In this document: positions 63,600-64,000 of the stretch, in pieces
Position numbering within the stretch: position 1 is the stretch's first letter
Layout: every line of letters starts with the position of its first letter
Assembly: GCA_951406725.2 (NCBI GenBank)
Contig: OX597816.1
Span: 158,348,001 to 158,412,000, forward strand
Reading direction: 5' to 3'
Source: Octopus vulgaris
Lineage: Eukaryota
Length of the DNA: 64,000 nucleotides
Translations under genes and position numbers: made by a program
Notes under the pieces: model-generated
What the model saw: only the letters and a program-made list of their open reading frames with translations
Database searches by the model: none
Told to the model about the DNA's origin: nothing

Positions 63600-64000
63600 A
63601 TGTGAACAACTTATCTACGCTTCGCGGACAAGATGACAAAAATATTGTCGAGAAGAGCAGCTAACATCCTTGTACTATCCACTCTACCTTTACGAGATTC
63701 TTAGGTGCTACGCCTTCATCCCAATTCAGCGGAGGAGAGATGCCGTTCGGTGGAGTTAGGACACTGGAGGGCTTAACAGGGATCTCTGATAATGACTGGT
63801 ACTTAGTCATCATTCACTCCTCTGCGTTGCGAGCAGGAAGCAACTTAGGTCTATCGGCGAAGCGACAGAGTTGGTGCTGGTGAATAATTCGTAACACATG
63901 GCGGACCAGACGAGCGATTTCCCCCTTTCAAATGAGAAATGGATTACCCATCTGGACGCGTGCTTTCGTCACGATCGAGGCCCGCAGACTCCAGATTTGA
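63596..64000 (+). mobile_element. Possible young LTR or other TE inserted in (TA)n, truncated by the window edge
   Basis: Abrupt TGTAAT start after a (TA)n run; GC- and CpG-rich relative to the flanks; no coding motif recognised. Confidence 0.3.

Overview
This is AT-rich, repeat-dense eukaryotic DNA. The SINE, LINE and microsatellite repertoire resembles an octopod cephalopod genome; that is an inference from repeat families, not a database match. Most of the window is decayed transposons: RTE, R4/Dong, CR1 and HERO-type LINEs; mariner, maT, Tigger, hAT and TTAA (piggyBac-type) DNA elements; and several SINE families. Host genes: (i) coding exon 1 of a MYDGF (C19orf10/UPF0556) orthologue on + at 61912-62049; (ii) an unrecognised Lys/Glu/Ser-rich spliced gene on - (exons 21278-20555 and 7936-7782, splice phases compatible), possibly driven by a CpG/NRF1-like promoter near 37.55 kb. 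The most striking finding is a tRNA-Glu-headed SINE-like unit carrying an apparently intact type I hammerhead ribozyme (31214-31434). Other notable items are degenerate Penelope-style hammerheads (9.8 kb, 36.1-36.9 kb), a TTAA MITE that captured a copy of the neighbouring host exon, an RTE LINE whose 5' end looks like TATA box + ATG exon + spliceosomal intron, and a 5S-rRNA-like/Nin-domain SINE. Most ORFs in the supplied track are repeat or microsatellite artefacts.
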